Positions 46,832-56,485 of a DNA stretch of 57,068 nt are shown here, one piece after another. Location: NCBI GenBank assembly GCA_040003555.1, contig JBDUCH010000001.1, forward strand, positions 1 to 57,068. The letters run 5' to 3'. The notes under the pieces were generated by a model that saw only the letters and a list, made by a program, of their open reading frames with translations, was not told the origin of the DNA and searched no databases. How positions within the stretch are numbered: position 1 is the first letter of the stretch; every line of letters starts with the position of its first letter. The position numbers and the translations under genes are program-made. The stretch comes from Variovorax sp. GTDB taxonomy: Bacteria > Pseudomonadota > Gammaproteobacteria > Burkholderiales > Burkholderiaceae_C.

Positions 46832-48148
46832 TTACTTTTCAGTGCCTTCGGCCAGGGCATCGAGCGCTTCGACCGCGGCTTGCGACTGTTCGGCGCCCAG
46901 CGTTTCGAGCTGCCCGGCCAGCATGGCCAAAGCGGCGCCGCGCTGTTGCTGCAGCAGCGCGATGGCGCGCCCCGCTTCCTGCGGCGAGGCAAACGCGAGA
47001 CTCTGCAGCAGCGTTTCACCGCGCGCGTCGAGCAGCTTGAAGTAGAACTGGCCATCGCGCTCGCGGTACTGCTTGAAGCTGGGCCTGGCCACCTTCGCCG
47101 CCTTGCGGGCGCCGGTTTGCTGCTGCGCGCCGAGGTCGCGCAGGCCCACCGCATGGCGCAGCCGACCCATGAAGGGCTGCGACAGGCGACGCGCCTTGGC
47201 CGCACCGGCCAGCAGCGTCTGCTCGATACGGGTCGGGTCTTTCAGCAGGGCCTCGTAACGCTCGCGCATCGGCGCGATCTCGCGATCGATGCGCTCGAAC
47301 AGCAACTGCTTGGCGTCGCCCCAGCCGATGCCTTCGCCAAACGCACGGCGCAATGCCGCGGTTTCTTCGGCGTCCGCAAAAGCCTGGTAGATCTGGAACA
47401 GCGCCGAGCCTTCGGTGTCTTTCGGCTCGCCGGGGGCGCGCGAGTCGGTGACGATGCTGGCGATCTGCTTTTGCAACTGCGCCCGCGGGGCGAACAGCGG
47501 GATCGTGTTGCCGTAGCTCTTGCTCATCTTGCGGCCATCGAGGCCGGGCAGCGTGGCCACGGCATCGTCGATCAGCGCCTCGGGCAGCGTGAAGTGCTCG
47601 CCGTACAGATGGTTGAAATGCTGGCCCATGTCGCGCGCCATCTCGATGTGCTGGATCTGGTCGCGGCCCACCGGCACCTGGTGTGCGTTGAACATCAGGA
47701 TGTCGGCACCCATGAGCACCGGGTACATGAAGAGGCCCGCACTCACGTCGGCGTCCGGGTCTTCGCGCTTCGCCACGTTCTTGTCGACCGAGGCCTTGTA
47801 GGCGTGGGCGCGGTTCAGCAGGCCCTTGCCGGTGACGCAGGTCAGGAACCAGGTGAGCTCTGGGATCTCGGGAATGTCCGATTGCCGGTAGAAGGTGACG
47901 CGCTCCGGGTCGAGTCCGCAGGCCAGCCAGCTGGCGGCGATCTCGAGCGTGGAGCGCTGCACCAGCGCGGGATCGTTCACCTTGATCAGCGCGTGGTAGT
48001 CGGCCAGGAAGAAGAAGGTCTCGACGCCCGGCGCCACGCTCTGGCGCACCGAGTGGCGGATCGAGCCGACATAGTTGCCGAGGTGCGGTGTGCCCGACGT
48101 GGTGATGCCGGTGAGAACGCGCAGCGGGGAGGGGGTGGGGGTAGCCAT
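46832..48148 (-). CDS. trpS: Tryptophan--tRNA ligase
   Basis: HLGN (HIGH-like), VPVGRDQIQH and KMSKS. Start ATG 48148. Confidence 0.96.
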   Translation of the reverse strand: MATPTPSPLRVLTGITTSGTPHLGNYVGSIRHSVRQSVAPGVETFFFLADYHALIKVNDPALVQRSTLEIAASWLACGLDPERVTFYRQSDIPEIPELTWFLTCVTGKGLLNRAHAYKASVDKNVAKREDPDADVSAGLFMYPVLMGADILMFNAHQVPVGRDQIQHIEMARDMGQHFNHLYGEHFTLPEALIDDAVATLPGLDGRKMSKSYGNTIPLFAPRAQLQKQIASIVTDSRAPGEPKDTEGSALFQIYQAFADAEETAALRRAFGEGIGWGDAKQLLFERIDREIAPMRERYEALLKDPTRIEQTLLAGAAKARRLSQPFMGRLRHAVGLRDLGAQQQTGARKAAKVARPSFKQYRERDGQFYFKLLDARGETLLQSLAFASPQEAGRAIALLQQQRGAALAMLAGQLETLGAEQSQAAVEALDALAEGTEK

Positions 48149-48156
48149 GGAAAGAC

Positions 48157-48831
48157 CTAGCGAAACAACGCGGCCAGCGGGCCGATCACGGTGCGGATGA
48201 TGCTGTAGCCGACCGCCATCAGCGGGCTCAGCCAGTAGGTGCTGACGATGCCGGCCAGCACCAGCGCCATCACGATGAAGAAACCGAAGGGCTCGACGCG
48301 TGCCAGCAGGTTCTGCGCATTGCCGCGCGGTAGCAGCCCGGCCAGCACGCGGCCGCCGTCGAGCGGCGGCAGCGGGAACAGGTTGAAGGCCCACATCACC
48401 AGGTTGACCAGCACGCCGCCTTGCGCCATGCGCACGAAGAAGTTCTCCCGCTCGACACCGCTGCCGGCCAGCACGACCAGCAGCACCGCCCACAGGATCG
48501 CCTGCACGAAGTTCGAGGCCGGCCCGGCGAGTGCGACCCAGATCATGTCGCGCTTGGGATTGCGCAGGTTGCCGAAATGGACAGGTACCGGCTTGGCATA
48601 GCCGAACAGGAAAGCGCCGGAGGTTGCAAAGTACAGCATCAGCGGCATCAGGATCGTGCCGACGGGGTCGATGTGCTTGAGCGGATTGAGTGTTACGCGG
48701 CCGAGCATCCAGGCCGTGTCGTCGCCGAAATAACGTGCCACGTAGCCGTGCGCGGCCTCGTGAATCGTGATCGCGAACAGCACCGGCAACGCATAGATCG
48801 AGACGGTTTGAATCAGGTTGGAGATATCCAC
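48157..48831 (-). CDS. Site-2 protease (M50) family protein
   Basis: HEAAH and NLFPLPPLDG. Confidence 0.93.
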   Translation of the reverse strand: MDISNLIQTVSIYALPVLFAITIHEAAHGYVARYFGDDTAWMLGRVTLNPLKHIDPVGTILMPLMLYFATSGAFLFGYAKPVPVHFGNLRNPKRDMIWVALAGPASNFVQAILWAVLLVVLAGSGVERENFFVRMAQGGVLVNLVMWAFNLFPLPPLDGGRVLAGLLPRGNAQNLLARVEPFGFFIVMALVLAGIVSTYWLSPLMAVGYSIIRTVIGPLAALFR

Positions 48832-48853
48832 CAGCCTGATTGTCTCAGACCGG

Positions 48854-49489
48854 TCAGAGGCCCAATACGGCGAGCGGGCCGCGCCCGCGCCGCACCAGCA
48901 CCGGCTCGTCGCCGGTGCCCATCGGCGTGAGGTCGACCACGGTGGTCGGCTCGGACGGGCAGGCGCCGGCGTCGATCACGGCGCCGATCTGCTTCTCGAA
49001 GCGGTCGCGGATCGCCTGCGCGTCGTTCATCGGCTCGGTCTCGCCAGGCGGGATCAGCGTAGTGGCCAGCAGCGGCTCGCCGTGCAGCATCAGCAGTTCG
49101 CACAGCACCCTGCAGTCGGGCACGCGCAGGCCGATGGTCTTGCGCTGCGGATGGCTCACGCGGCGTGGCACTTCCTTGGTGGCTTCGAGCAGAAAGGTGT
49201 AGGGGCCGGGCGTGGCGGCCTTGAGCAGCCGGTATTGCTTGTTGTCGACGCGCGCGTAGTTGGCCAGCTCGCTCAGGTCGCGGCATAGCAGCGTGAGGTG
49301 GTGCTTGTCGTCGACCTGTCGGATGCGGCGCAGCTTGTCGACCGCGTCCTTGTCGTCGAGGTGGCAGACCAGCGCGTAGCTGGAGTCGGTCGGCACCGCC
49401 ACGATCTCGCCGCGCGCGAGCAGGGCAGCCGCCTGCTTCAGCAGGCGCTGTTGCGGGTTGTCGGGGTGGACTTCGAAAAATTGAGCCAT
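48854..49489 (-). CDS. yciO: Sua5/YciO/YrdC family protein
   Basis: PTDSSY, PGPYT, KTIGLRVP and PTTVVDL; typical trpH-yciO-S2P-trpS synteny. Confidence 0.9.
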   Translation of the reverse strand: MAQFFEVHPDNPQQRLLKQAAALLARGEIVAVPTDSSYALVCHLDDKDAVDKLRRIRQVDDKHHLTLLCRDLSELANYARVDNKQYRLLKAATPGPYTFLLEATKEVPRRVSHPQRKTIGLRVPDCRVLCELLMLHGEPLLATTLIPPGETEPMNDAQAIRDRFEKQIGAVIDAGACPSEPTTVVDLTPMGTGDEPVLVRRGRGPLAVLGL

Positions 49490-49541
49490 GGGATTTCTGG
49501 ATTTTCAACCTGCAAAGCGCTGTCGGTGCGCGGCAAGGCAT

Positions 49542-49638
49542 GGGGGGAACACCGCGGAACCGGCTTTGCCGGGCCGCCGGTGTTGCCCCCGGCGAGGGGG
49601 TTGGCGAAGCGACACGCAGTGCGCGAAGACTGGGGGAG
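49542..49638. repeat. REP/MITE-like structured intergenic element
   Basis: Nested inverted repeats GGGGGAACACC...CCGGC-TTT-GCCGG...GGTGTTGCCCCC. From memory it resembles dispersed Comamonadaceae repeats; only one copy is in this window. Confidence 0.55.
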
Positions 49639-49641
49639 TGC

Positions 49642-50571
49642 TCATGTCTCTGGCGGTTCGATCGGGATGCGGCGCTCGCGCACCGTGAGCCATGCGCCGG
49701 CTGCACCGCACACGGCGATCATGCCCATGCCGATCAGCGACACCTGATCCGGTATGTGCGAGAACATGATCCAGCCGCCGAGCATGGCAAACGCGATCTG
49801 CGAGTAGAGGTAGGGCGTGAGTGTCGAGGCCGGCGCACGCTGGTAGGCCAGGATCAGCATGAAGTGGCCGACGGTGCCCATCGCCCCCATCAGGCACAGC
49901 AGCGCCCACCACTGCCACCCCGGCAGCGCCAACCATACGAACGGCAGCGCGCACGACGCGATCAGCGTGCCGACCCAGCCGGTATAGAAGTGCAGGGTCA
50001 GCGGGTTCTCGGTCTGGGCAAGCTTGCTGGTGAGTACCTGGAACCAGGCATTGGTGATCACCAGCCCGATCGGCAGCAGGATCGCCCAGCTGTAGCTGCC
50101 GCCGCCAGGCCGCAGGATCACCAGCGTGCCGACAAAGCCGCCGCTGACCAGTGACCAGCGCAGCACTGACACGTGCTCCTTGAGCGTGGTGGCGGCCAGC
50201 AGCGTCACCACCAGCGGCGCGATCAGCACGATGGCGGTGAACTCGGCCAGTGGCATGTACCGCAGGCTGAAGAATGCCAACACACTGGTGACCAGCAGCA
50301 ACGCGCCGCGCAGCACGTGATAGCGCGGGTGCGCGGTGCGCAGCAGCGAGGTGCCGTACAGCGGCAGCAGCACCGCGGTGGTGACGACGGCCTGGAATGC
50401 ATATCGGAACCACACGCCCATGAGGATCGGCACGGCAGCGACCGAAATCTTGGTGGCGGTGTCCAGTGTCGCGAAGCAGGCCACCGCCAGCAGCACGAGG
50501 CCGATGCCCGCAAGGATGCGTTCCGACGCGATGTCCCGCGTGCTCTTCGCCGCGCCGGCTACGGCGCTCAC
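49642..50571 (-). CDS. EamA/DMT family transporter
   Basis: About 10 TMs, GFVGTLVILRPG and APASTLTPYLY. Confidence 0.9.
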   Translation of the reverse strand: MSAVAGAAKSTRDIASERILAGIGLVLLAVACFATLDTATKISVAAVPILMGVWFRYAFQAVVTTAVLLPLYGTSLLRTAHPRYHVLRGALLLVTSVLAFFSLRYMPLAEFTAIVLIAPLVVTLLAATTLKEHVSVLRWSLVSGGFVGTLVILRPGGGSYSWAILLPIGLVITNAWFQVLTSKLAQTENPLTLHFYTGWVGTLIASCALPFVWLALPGWQWWALLCLMGAMGTVGHFMLILAYQRAPASTLTPYLYSQIAFAMLGGWIMFSHIPDQVSLIGMGMIAVCGAAGAWLTVRERRIPIEPPET

Positions 50572-51422
50572 CGGATTCTGTCTTCGAGCAGTTCCCAGAC
50601 CGGCGTGAGCTTGCCGGGCAGCAAGGGAAGCTTGCCAAGATCCATGTGACTTTCGTCGGGGCTGTGGAAATCGCTGCCGCGCGAGGCTGCAAAGTCGAAC
50701 TCGAGCGCCTTGTCGGCGTATTCGATGTACTCGGCCGGTGCGTGGCTGCCGGTAACGACCTCGATGGCGCGGCCACCGTACGCCTTGAACTCGAGGAACA
50801 GCGCGTACTCCTCGTTGGCCGTGAACTTGTAGCGGCCGGGGTGCGCGATCACCGCGATGCCCTTGGCGTCGGTGATCCAGTGCACCGCATCCTTCAGCGA
50901 GGCCCAGCGGTGCGGCACATAGCCGGGCTTGCCTTCGGTGAGGTATTTGCGGAACACCTCGTGCGTGTCCTTGCAGGCGCCGCTCTCGACCAGAAAGCGC
51001 GCGAAATGCGTGCGCGAGATCAGCTCGGGGTTGCCGACGAACCTGAGCGCGCCTTCGTAAGCGCCATGGATGCCGACCTTGGCCAGCCCTTCGGACATTT
51101 CCTGCGCGCGCGCGCCGCGGCCGCCGCGTGTCTTGGCCAGGCCCCGCCGCATGCCTGCGTCGTCGGGGTCGAAACCGAGGCCGACGATGTGCACGGTTTC
51201 ATTGGCGAAAGTGACCGAGATTTCGGTGCCGGTGAGGTACTTCATGCCGTTGGCATGGGCCGCTGCGGCGGCACGGTGCTGGCCGCCGATTTCGTCGTGG
51301 TCGGTCAGGGCCCAGAGTTCGACGCCGTTGCCGGCCGCGCGCTCGGCCAGCGCCTCGGGCGTCAGCGTGCCGTCGGACACCACGGAGTGGCAATGGAGAT
51401 CGGCGTTGAGAATGGATGGCAC
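50568..51422 (-). CDS. PHP-family 3',5'-nucleoside bisphosphate phosphatase (TrpH/YciV-like)
   Basis: DLHCHS..SDG, LTDHD, AHP and GSDFH. Confidence 0.92.
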   Translation of the reverse strand: MPSILNADLHCHSVVSDGTLTPEALAERAAGNGVELWALTDHDEIGGQHRAAAAAHANGMKYLTGTEISVTFANETVHIVGLGFDPDDAGMRRGLAKTRGGRGARAQEMSEGLAKVGIHGAYEGALRFVGNPELISRTHFARFLVESGACKDTHEVFRKYLTEGKPGYVPHRWASLKDAVHWITDAKGIAVIAHPGRYKFTANEEYALFLEFKAYGGRAIEVVTGSHAPAEYIEYADKALEFDFAASRGSDFHSPDESHMDLGKLPLLPGKLTPVWELLEDRIR

Positions 51423-51458
51423 CGATCAATTCTATTTCGGATCGAATCGGCTTGCAGG

Positions 51459-51498
51459 GCGCATGGAGACTGCGCAAGATGCTATTAAAACAGTAGCA
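51459..51498. repeat. Short double-hairpin intergenic element
   Basis: GCGCA-N7-TGCGC followed by TGCTATTAAAACAGTAGCA. From memory it resembles a dispersed Comamonadaceae repeat. Confidence 0.45.
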
Positions 51499-51522
51499 AC
51501 AAAGCGCCGGCCTGCGGCGCGC

Positions 51523-52536
51523 TCAGCGCTTCTTGCGAAACGCCACCCAGGCAGCGATGGCGGTGAAGCTCGCGATGATGGCCACCACGATCCAGAACCC
51601 GTGCCTGTGCTCGGCCAGCGGGATGCCACCCACGTTCATGCCGAAAAGGCCGGCCAGGATGTTGATCGGCAGCGCCAGCACCGTCACCACGGTCAGCACG
51701 AACAGGCTGCGGTTGTTGTCCTCGTTGACGTTGCCCGCGATCTCTTCCTGCAGCAGCTTGATGCGCTCCTGCAGCGCCTGCATGTCGCGCAGCACCAGCG
51801 AGAACTCTTCGGTCGAGCCGCGCAGTTCGTCCGCGTCGGCGCCTGCCATCCAGCCCGGCGGCTGCTGCAGCAGGCGGAACAGCGCTGCCGGCTCCGGCGC
51901 GAGCAACCGCTGCAGCCGCACCAGCAACCGCCGCAGCGCGCCGAGCCGGGCGCGCTTGTGGTCGAGCCGGCCGGCCAGCAGTTCGTCTTCGATGCCGTCG
52001 ATGCGAGCCGTCACGTCGCGCACGATCGCCACCAGCACGTCGGCCTGGGCGCGCAGCAGGTGTTCGAGCAGCTCGGTGCTCGAGCGCGGCGCGTCGCCGG
52101 CCTTCACGGCGGTGCGCAGCGCGTCGACCGAGCGCAGCGGCTTGGTGCGCGCCGTGACCACCAGGCGCGGGCCGACGCTGATCCACAAGGTCGAGATGTC
52201 CGACGGCTCGAAGCCGAACTCGAAATGCAGGTCGTTGATCACCGCGATCAGCGAATCGTCGGCGCGCTCGATGCGGGTCGAGTGCAGGCCGTCGCGCAGC
52301 GTTTCATAGAACGTGTCGGAAAGCCGTGCGTGCCGCACCAGCCAGCGCTCGGCCTGTGCGTGGCTGAGGTTGAAGTGCAGCCACAGGTAGGCGCCCGCAG
52401 GTGCTTCCTCGGCGGTGGCCAGCCAGGCCGCGGCATGCGCCGATTCGATCGCGCGCGCCGGCTCGGCGGCACTTGCGTCGAACAGATATCCGCAGATCAG
52501 GCCGGCTTCGTCGCCGCCGTACGAGCTGGCGGCCAT
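51523..52536 (-). CDS. CorA/ZntB-family divalent cation transporter
   Basis: WLHFN, a long cytoplasmic domain and two C-terminal TMs with GLFGMN. Start 52536 or 52554. Confidence 0.9.
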   Translation of the reverse strand: MAASSYGGDEAGLICGYLFDASAAEPARAIESAHAAAWLATAEEAPAGAYLWLHFNLSHAQAERWLVRHARLSDTFYETLRDGLHSTRIERADDSLIAVINDLHFEFGFEPSDISTLWISVGPRLVVTARTKPLRSVDALRTAVKAGDAPRSSTELLEHLLRAQADVLVAIVRDVTARIDGIEDELLAGRLDHKRARLGALRRLLVRLQRLLAPEPAALFRLLQQPPGWMAGADADELRGSTEEFSLVLRDMQALQERIKLLQEEIAGNVNEDNNRSLFVLTVVTVLALPINILAGLFGMNVGGIPLAEHRHGFWIVVAIIASFTAIAAWVAFRKKR

Positions 52537-52564
52537 TTCGGGGGACAGCGGCAAGGTGAGCGAA

Positions 52565-54196
52565 TCAGAACAATCGGGTGAACAACCAGTAGAGCGAGCC
52601 CGACAGCAGCATCGCCACCGGCAGCGTCAGCACCCAGGCCATCGCGAGGCTGCGCAGCGTGGCCCATTGCAGGCCCGAGCGGTTCGCGGCCATGGTGCCG
52701 GCCACGCCGGACGACAGCACGTGCGTGGTGGACACCGGGAGCCCGTAGATGTCGGCCGCGCCGATGGTCAGCATGGCGACCAGCTCGGCCGAGGCACCCT
52801 GCGCGTAGGTGAGGTGGGTCTTGCCGATCTTCTCGCCCACGGTGACCACGATGCGCTTCCAGCCGATCATGGTGCCGAGGCCGAGCGCGATCGCCACGGC
52901 GACCTTCACCCAGAGCGGGATGAAGCGCGTGGCGTCATCGAGTTCCTTGCGGAAGGCGCCGACCTTGGCCTTGGCGTCGTCGTCGAAGTGCACGGCCGCA
53001 CTCTTGTCGAGCAGGCGAATGGCCTCCGAGTTCAGGTACATGTCGTTGCGCACGTTGGCCACGGCATCGGCCGGCAGCGCCGCCAGCGAACCATGTTGGC
53101 GCACCTGGGCGCCGATGCTGCCGGCGAGCGAGGCGACGGCCGGCACCACGGCAGGGGCGTATTCCCGGGTGCGCAGGTAGGTCGACAGCGTTTCGCGCGC
53201 GGCCGGCGCAGTGGCCGCTGGCAGCGATGTGGGCACGCTGCGGTTCAACGCGCCCTGCGCCAGCTCGGCCACCGCCACGAACTGGATCGTCTTGTCGGCC
53301 GGCATGGCGCGGTTCAGCGCATACGCCATCGGCACCGTGCCGACCAGGATGAGCATGATCAGGCCCATGCCCTTCTGTCCATCGTTGGAGCCGTGTGCGA
53401 ACGAGACGCCAGTACAGGTCAGCACCAGCAGGCCGCGGATCCACCAGGGCGGCGGCGCGTTGCCGCGTGGCTCTTCGTACAGCGCGCGGTTCCTGACAAG
53501 TGCCCGCAGTGCCAGCAGCAGCAGTGCCGCGCAGCCGAAGCCGACCATCGGCGACAGCAGCAGCGACCAGCCGACCTTGGTGGCCTGGGCCCAGTCGACC
53601 CCGCTGGTGCCGTCGCGCCCGTGCATCAGCGCGTTGGCGATGCCAACGCCGATGATCGAGCCGATCAGCGTGTGCGACGACGACGCCGGGAGACCAAGCC
53701 ACCAGGTGCCGAGGTTCCAGAGGATGGCCGCGATCAACAGGGCGAACACCATCGCGAAACCTGCGCCCGAGCCGACCTGCAGGATGAGTTCCACCGGCAG
53801 CAGTGAAATGATGCCGAAGGCCACTGCGCCGCTCGACACCAGCACGCCCAGGAAGTTGAAGAGGCCTGACCACACCACCGCAACGTTGGGCGGCAACGAG
53901 TGCGTGTAGATCACGGTGGCCACGGCGTTGGCCGTGTCGTGAAAGCCGTTCACGAACTCGAAGCCGAGCGCGATCAACAGCGCCACGCCCAGCAGGATGT
54001 AGGGCACATAGGTGGTCGTCGGCGCCCCCGAGGCGCTCACGTCGCCGACCAGGCTCCACGCGGTGTAGAGCAGGCCTGCGGCGAGCAGCCCGACGAACAC
54101 GACGAGCGTGACCGGGCTGGGCCTTGCGTCGAGAGTCGGGCGGCTCGGAGCGGGCGGATGGACGGGCAGGGGCGTGTTGTCGGCGAGCGTGGACAT
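52565..54196 (-). CDS. pit: Inorganic phosphate transporter, PiT family
   Basis: GFHDTANA, PASSSH, HGSNDGQK and PVSTTH. Confidence 0.94.
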   Translation of the reverse strand: MSTLADNTPLPVHPPAPSRPTLDARPSPVTLVVFVGLLAAGLLYTAWSLVGDVSASGAPTTTYVPYILLGVALLIALGFEFVNGFHDTANAVATVIYTHSLPPNVAVVWSGLFNFLGVLVSSGAVAFGIISLLPVELILQVGSGAGFAMVFALLIAAILWNLGTWWLGLPASSSHTLIGSIIGVGIANALMHGRDGTSGVDWAQATKVGWSLLLSPMVGFGCAALLLLALRALVRNRALYEEPRGNAPPPWWIRGLLVLTCTGVSFAHGSNDGQKGMGLIMLILVGTVPMAYALNRAMPADKTIQFVAVAELAQGALNRSVPTSLPAATAPAARETLSTYLRTREYAPAVVPAVASLAGSIGAQVRQHGSLAALPADAVANVRNDMYLNSEAIRLLDKSAAVHFDDDAKAKVGAFRKELDDATRFIPLWVKVAVAIALGLGTMIGWKRIVVTVGEKIGKTHLTYAQGASAELVAMLTIGAADIYGLPVSTTHVLSSGVAGTMAANRSGLQWATLRSLAMAWVLTLPVAMLLSGSLYWLFTRLF

Positions 54197-54238
54197 GGGT
54201 GCGACAGCGTAGTGAGAACACGATCTTCCTCGCGCCAT

Positions 54239-54284
54239 GTGTCAGCGCCATGACGGCGGAACGGGCTTGTCACGCAACAGTCAC
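54239..54284. promoter_or_regulatory. Back-to-back Pho-box-like direct repeats
   Basis: Plus strand TTGTCAC-GCAA-CAGTCAC (54267-54284) faces ppk2. Minus strand CCGTCAT-GGCG-CTGACAC (54256-54239) faces pit. Both have the 11-bp period of CTGTCAT-N4-CTGTCAC. Confidence 0.6.
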
Positions 54285-54333
54285 GCGCAGGCGGCAGCAT
54301 GCAAGGCTTGTTCCTCTTCCTTCAAAGCCTCCC

Positions 54334-55251
54334 ATGATGTTGCCCAGCGCCGTGCACGACCAAGAAGACCTGATGCAGCGCATCGCGCGCGACCTGATCG
54401 ACAGCTACGACGAGGAGCTGGAGCTCGAGATCGAAGACCGCAACGTCGACGAAGCCGGCGCGCCGGCCGGCGTCGACAAGGCGGCACGGCAGGCCTACTT
54501 CAAGGAACTGTTCCGCCTGCAGGGCGAACTGGTCAAGCTGCAGGACTGGGTGCAGCACAACAAGCAGAAGGTGGTGATCCTGTTCGAAGGCCGCGACGCG
54601 GCCGGCAAGGGCGGTGTCATCAAGCGCATCACGCAGCGGCTCAACCCGCGCGTGGCCCGCGTGGCCGCGCTGCCGGCGCCGAACGACCGCGAGCGCACGC
54701 AGTGGTACTTCCAGCGCTACGTGGCGCACCTGCCGGCGGCCGGCGAGATGGTGCTGTTCGACCGCAGCTGGTACAACCGCGCCGGTGTCGAGCGCGTCAT
54801 GGGTTTTTGCAGCGATGCCGAATACGAGGAGTTCTTCCGCTCGGCGCCCGAATTCGAGCGCATGCTGGTGCGCTCGGGCATCACGCTCATCAAGTACTGG
54901 TTCTCCATCACCGACGAAGAGCAGCACATGCGCTTTCTCGGCCGCATCCACGACCCGCTGAAGCAGTGGAAGCTGAGCCCGATGGATCTGGAAAGCCGCC
55001 GCCGCTGGGAGGAGTACACCAAGGCCAAGGAAATCATGCTGGAGCGCACCCACATCCCGGAAGCGCCCTGGTGGGTGGTGCAGGCGGTCGACAAGAAGAA
55101 GGCGCGGCTCAACTGCATCACGCATCTGCTCGGACAGCTGCCCTACCAGGAAGTGCCGCACGCGCCGGTGGTGCTGCCACCGCGCGTGCGCAACGCCGAC
55201 TATCTGCGCCAGCCGGTACCGACCACGATGTACGTGCCCGAGCTGTACTGA
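54334..55251 (+). CDS. ppk2: Polyphosphate kinase 2
   Basis: FEGRDAAGKGG, FDRSWYNR and WKLSPMD. Confidence 0.95.
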   Translation: MMLPSAVHDQEDLMQRIARDLIDSYDEELELEIEDRNVDEAGAPAGVDKAARQAYFKELFRLQGELVKLQDWVQHNKQKVVILFEGRDAAGKGGVIKRITQRLNPRVARVAALPAPNDRERTQWYFQRYVAHLPAAGEMVLFDRSWYNRAGVERVMGFCSDAEYEEFFRSAPEFERMLVRSGITLIKYWFSITDEEQHMRFLGRIHDPLKQWKLSPMDLESRRRWEEYTKAKEIMLERTHIPEAPWWVVQAVDKKKARLNCITHLLGQLPYQEVPHAPVVLPPRVRNADYLRQPVPTTMYVPELY

Positions 55252-55320
55252 ACGCCGGCAAGTGCCTTTGCAGCGCGGAAGCTGCTACCGTGTGGTTCGC
55301 CTGTCGACACCCACCGCACC

Positions 55321-56373
55321 ATGCCCCGCCGCTCGCCCACCTCCGCGCTCACGCGCGCCTACCAACGCAGCCTGAAGGCGCTCACCAAAGCCACGCTCCG
55401 CAACAGCCGGCGCGTGGCGAAGCAGGTGACCAAACAAGTCACGCGCGCCGCAGCGGAACAGCGCAAACCGCCGCCCGGCGCCGGCGACTGGATCAGCGGC
55501 ATGGCGCTCGGCCCAGGTGGTGCGCGCGGCTATCACCTCTACCGCCCCCCGGGCCTCGAACTTGAACCCGGTGAGAAGCTGCCGCTGCTGCTGATGCTGC
55601 ACGGCTGTGGCCAGACCGGCCGCGACTTTGCCGCCAGCACGCGCATGAACCGCATCGCCGCACGCGAGCGCTTCCTGGTGCTGTATCCGGAGCAAGACCG
55701 GGTGCATCATCCTCAAGGCTGCTGGAACTGGTACCAGACACGCTCCGGCAAGTCCGACCGCGAAGCCGCCACGCTGATCGCGGCCGTCGACCAGGTGAAC
55801 CTGTTGTACCCGGTCGACCGGGAACGCATCGCCGTGGCAGGCCTCTCGGCCGGCGCCGGCATGGCCGCCTTGCTGGCCACGCGCTACCCCAACCGCTTCA
55901 GGGCGGTTGCCGTGCATTCGGGCGTGGCCCCGGGCGCGGCGCAATCGACCGCCAGTGCACTGGGTGCCATGCACGGCCACCGCGTGCCGGTGATGCCGGC
56001 CACCGCGGTCGGAAAGGCGCTGGGCGCGGCAGCGGTCGGCACCACGCTGCCGCCGATGCTGGTGTTGCACGGCGACGCCGATACCGTCGTGGCCGCCAGC
56101 AATGCGGCGAGCACGGCCGTTGTGTGGGCCACTGCCACCGGTGCACGGCCGGGCCCGGAGCGCGTGCTGCAGCGCGGCAAGCGCCATCCGATGCGCGTGA
56201 CAGACTTCAAGCGCGCCGGCCACATCTGCGTCACCCTCTGCCAGGTGGCCGGGCTCGGCCACGCCTGGAGCGGCGGCGCGGCCCGGCTGCCCTTCAGCGA
56301 TGCGGCCGGGCCGGACGCGTCGAAGCTGGTCTGGGCGTTCGTGGCGCGGCAGTTCAGGCAGCCGGCGGCGTAG
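55321..56373 (+). CDS. PHB depolymerase/LpqC-family esterase
   Basis: MLHGCGQ, CWNW, GLSAG lipase box, HGDAD and GHAWSGG. Confidence 0.88.
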   Translation: MPRRSPTSALTRAYQRSLKALTKATLRNSRRVAKQVTKQVTRAAAEQRKPPPGAGDWISGMALGPGGARGYHLYRPPGLELEPGEKLPLLLMLHGCGQTGRDFAASTRMNRIAARERFLVLYPEQDRVHHPQGCWNWYQTRSGKSDREAATLIAAVDQVNLLYPVDRERIAVAGLSAGAGMAALLATRYPNRFRAVAVHSGVAPGAAQSTASALGAMHGHRVPVMPATAVGKALGAAAVGTTLPPMLVLHGDADTVVAASNAASTAVVWATATGARPGPERVLQRGKRHPMRVTDFKRAGHICVTLCQVAGLGHAWSGGAARLPFSDAAGPDASKLVWAFVARQFRQPAA

Positions 56374-56485
56374 CTCCTGTACGCCACCCGGCGTATTCCG
56401 TGCGGCCGGTGTCCTCCGCAAACTCCGTGCATCGCCAGCGAAGCCGCTGTCGAACGAAATCAACTACCACCGGAGAAGGATGCAC

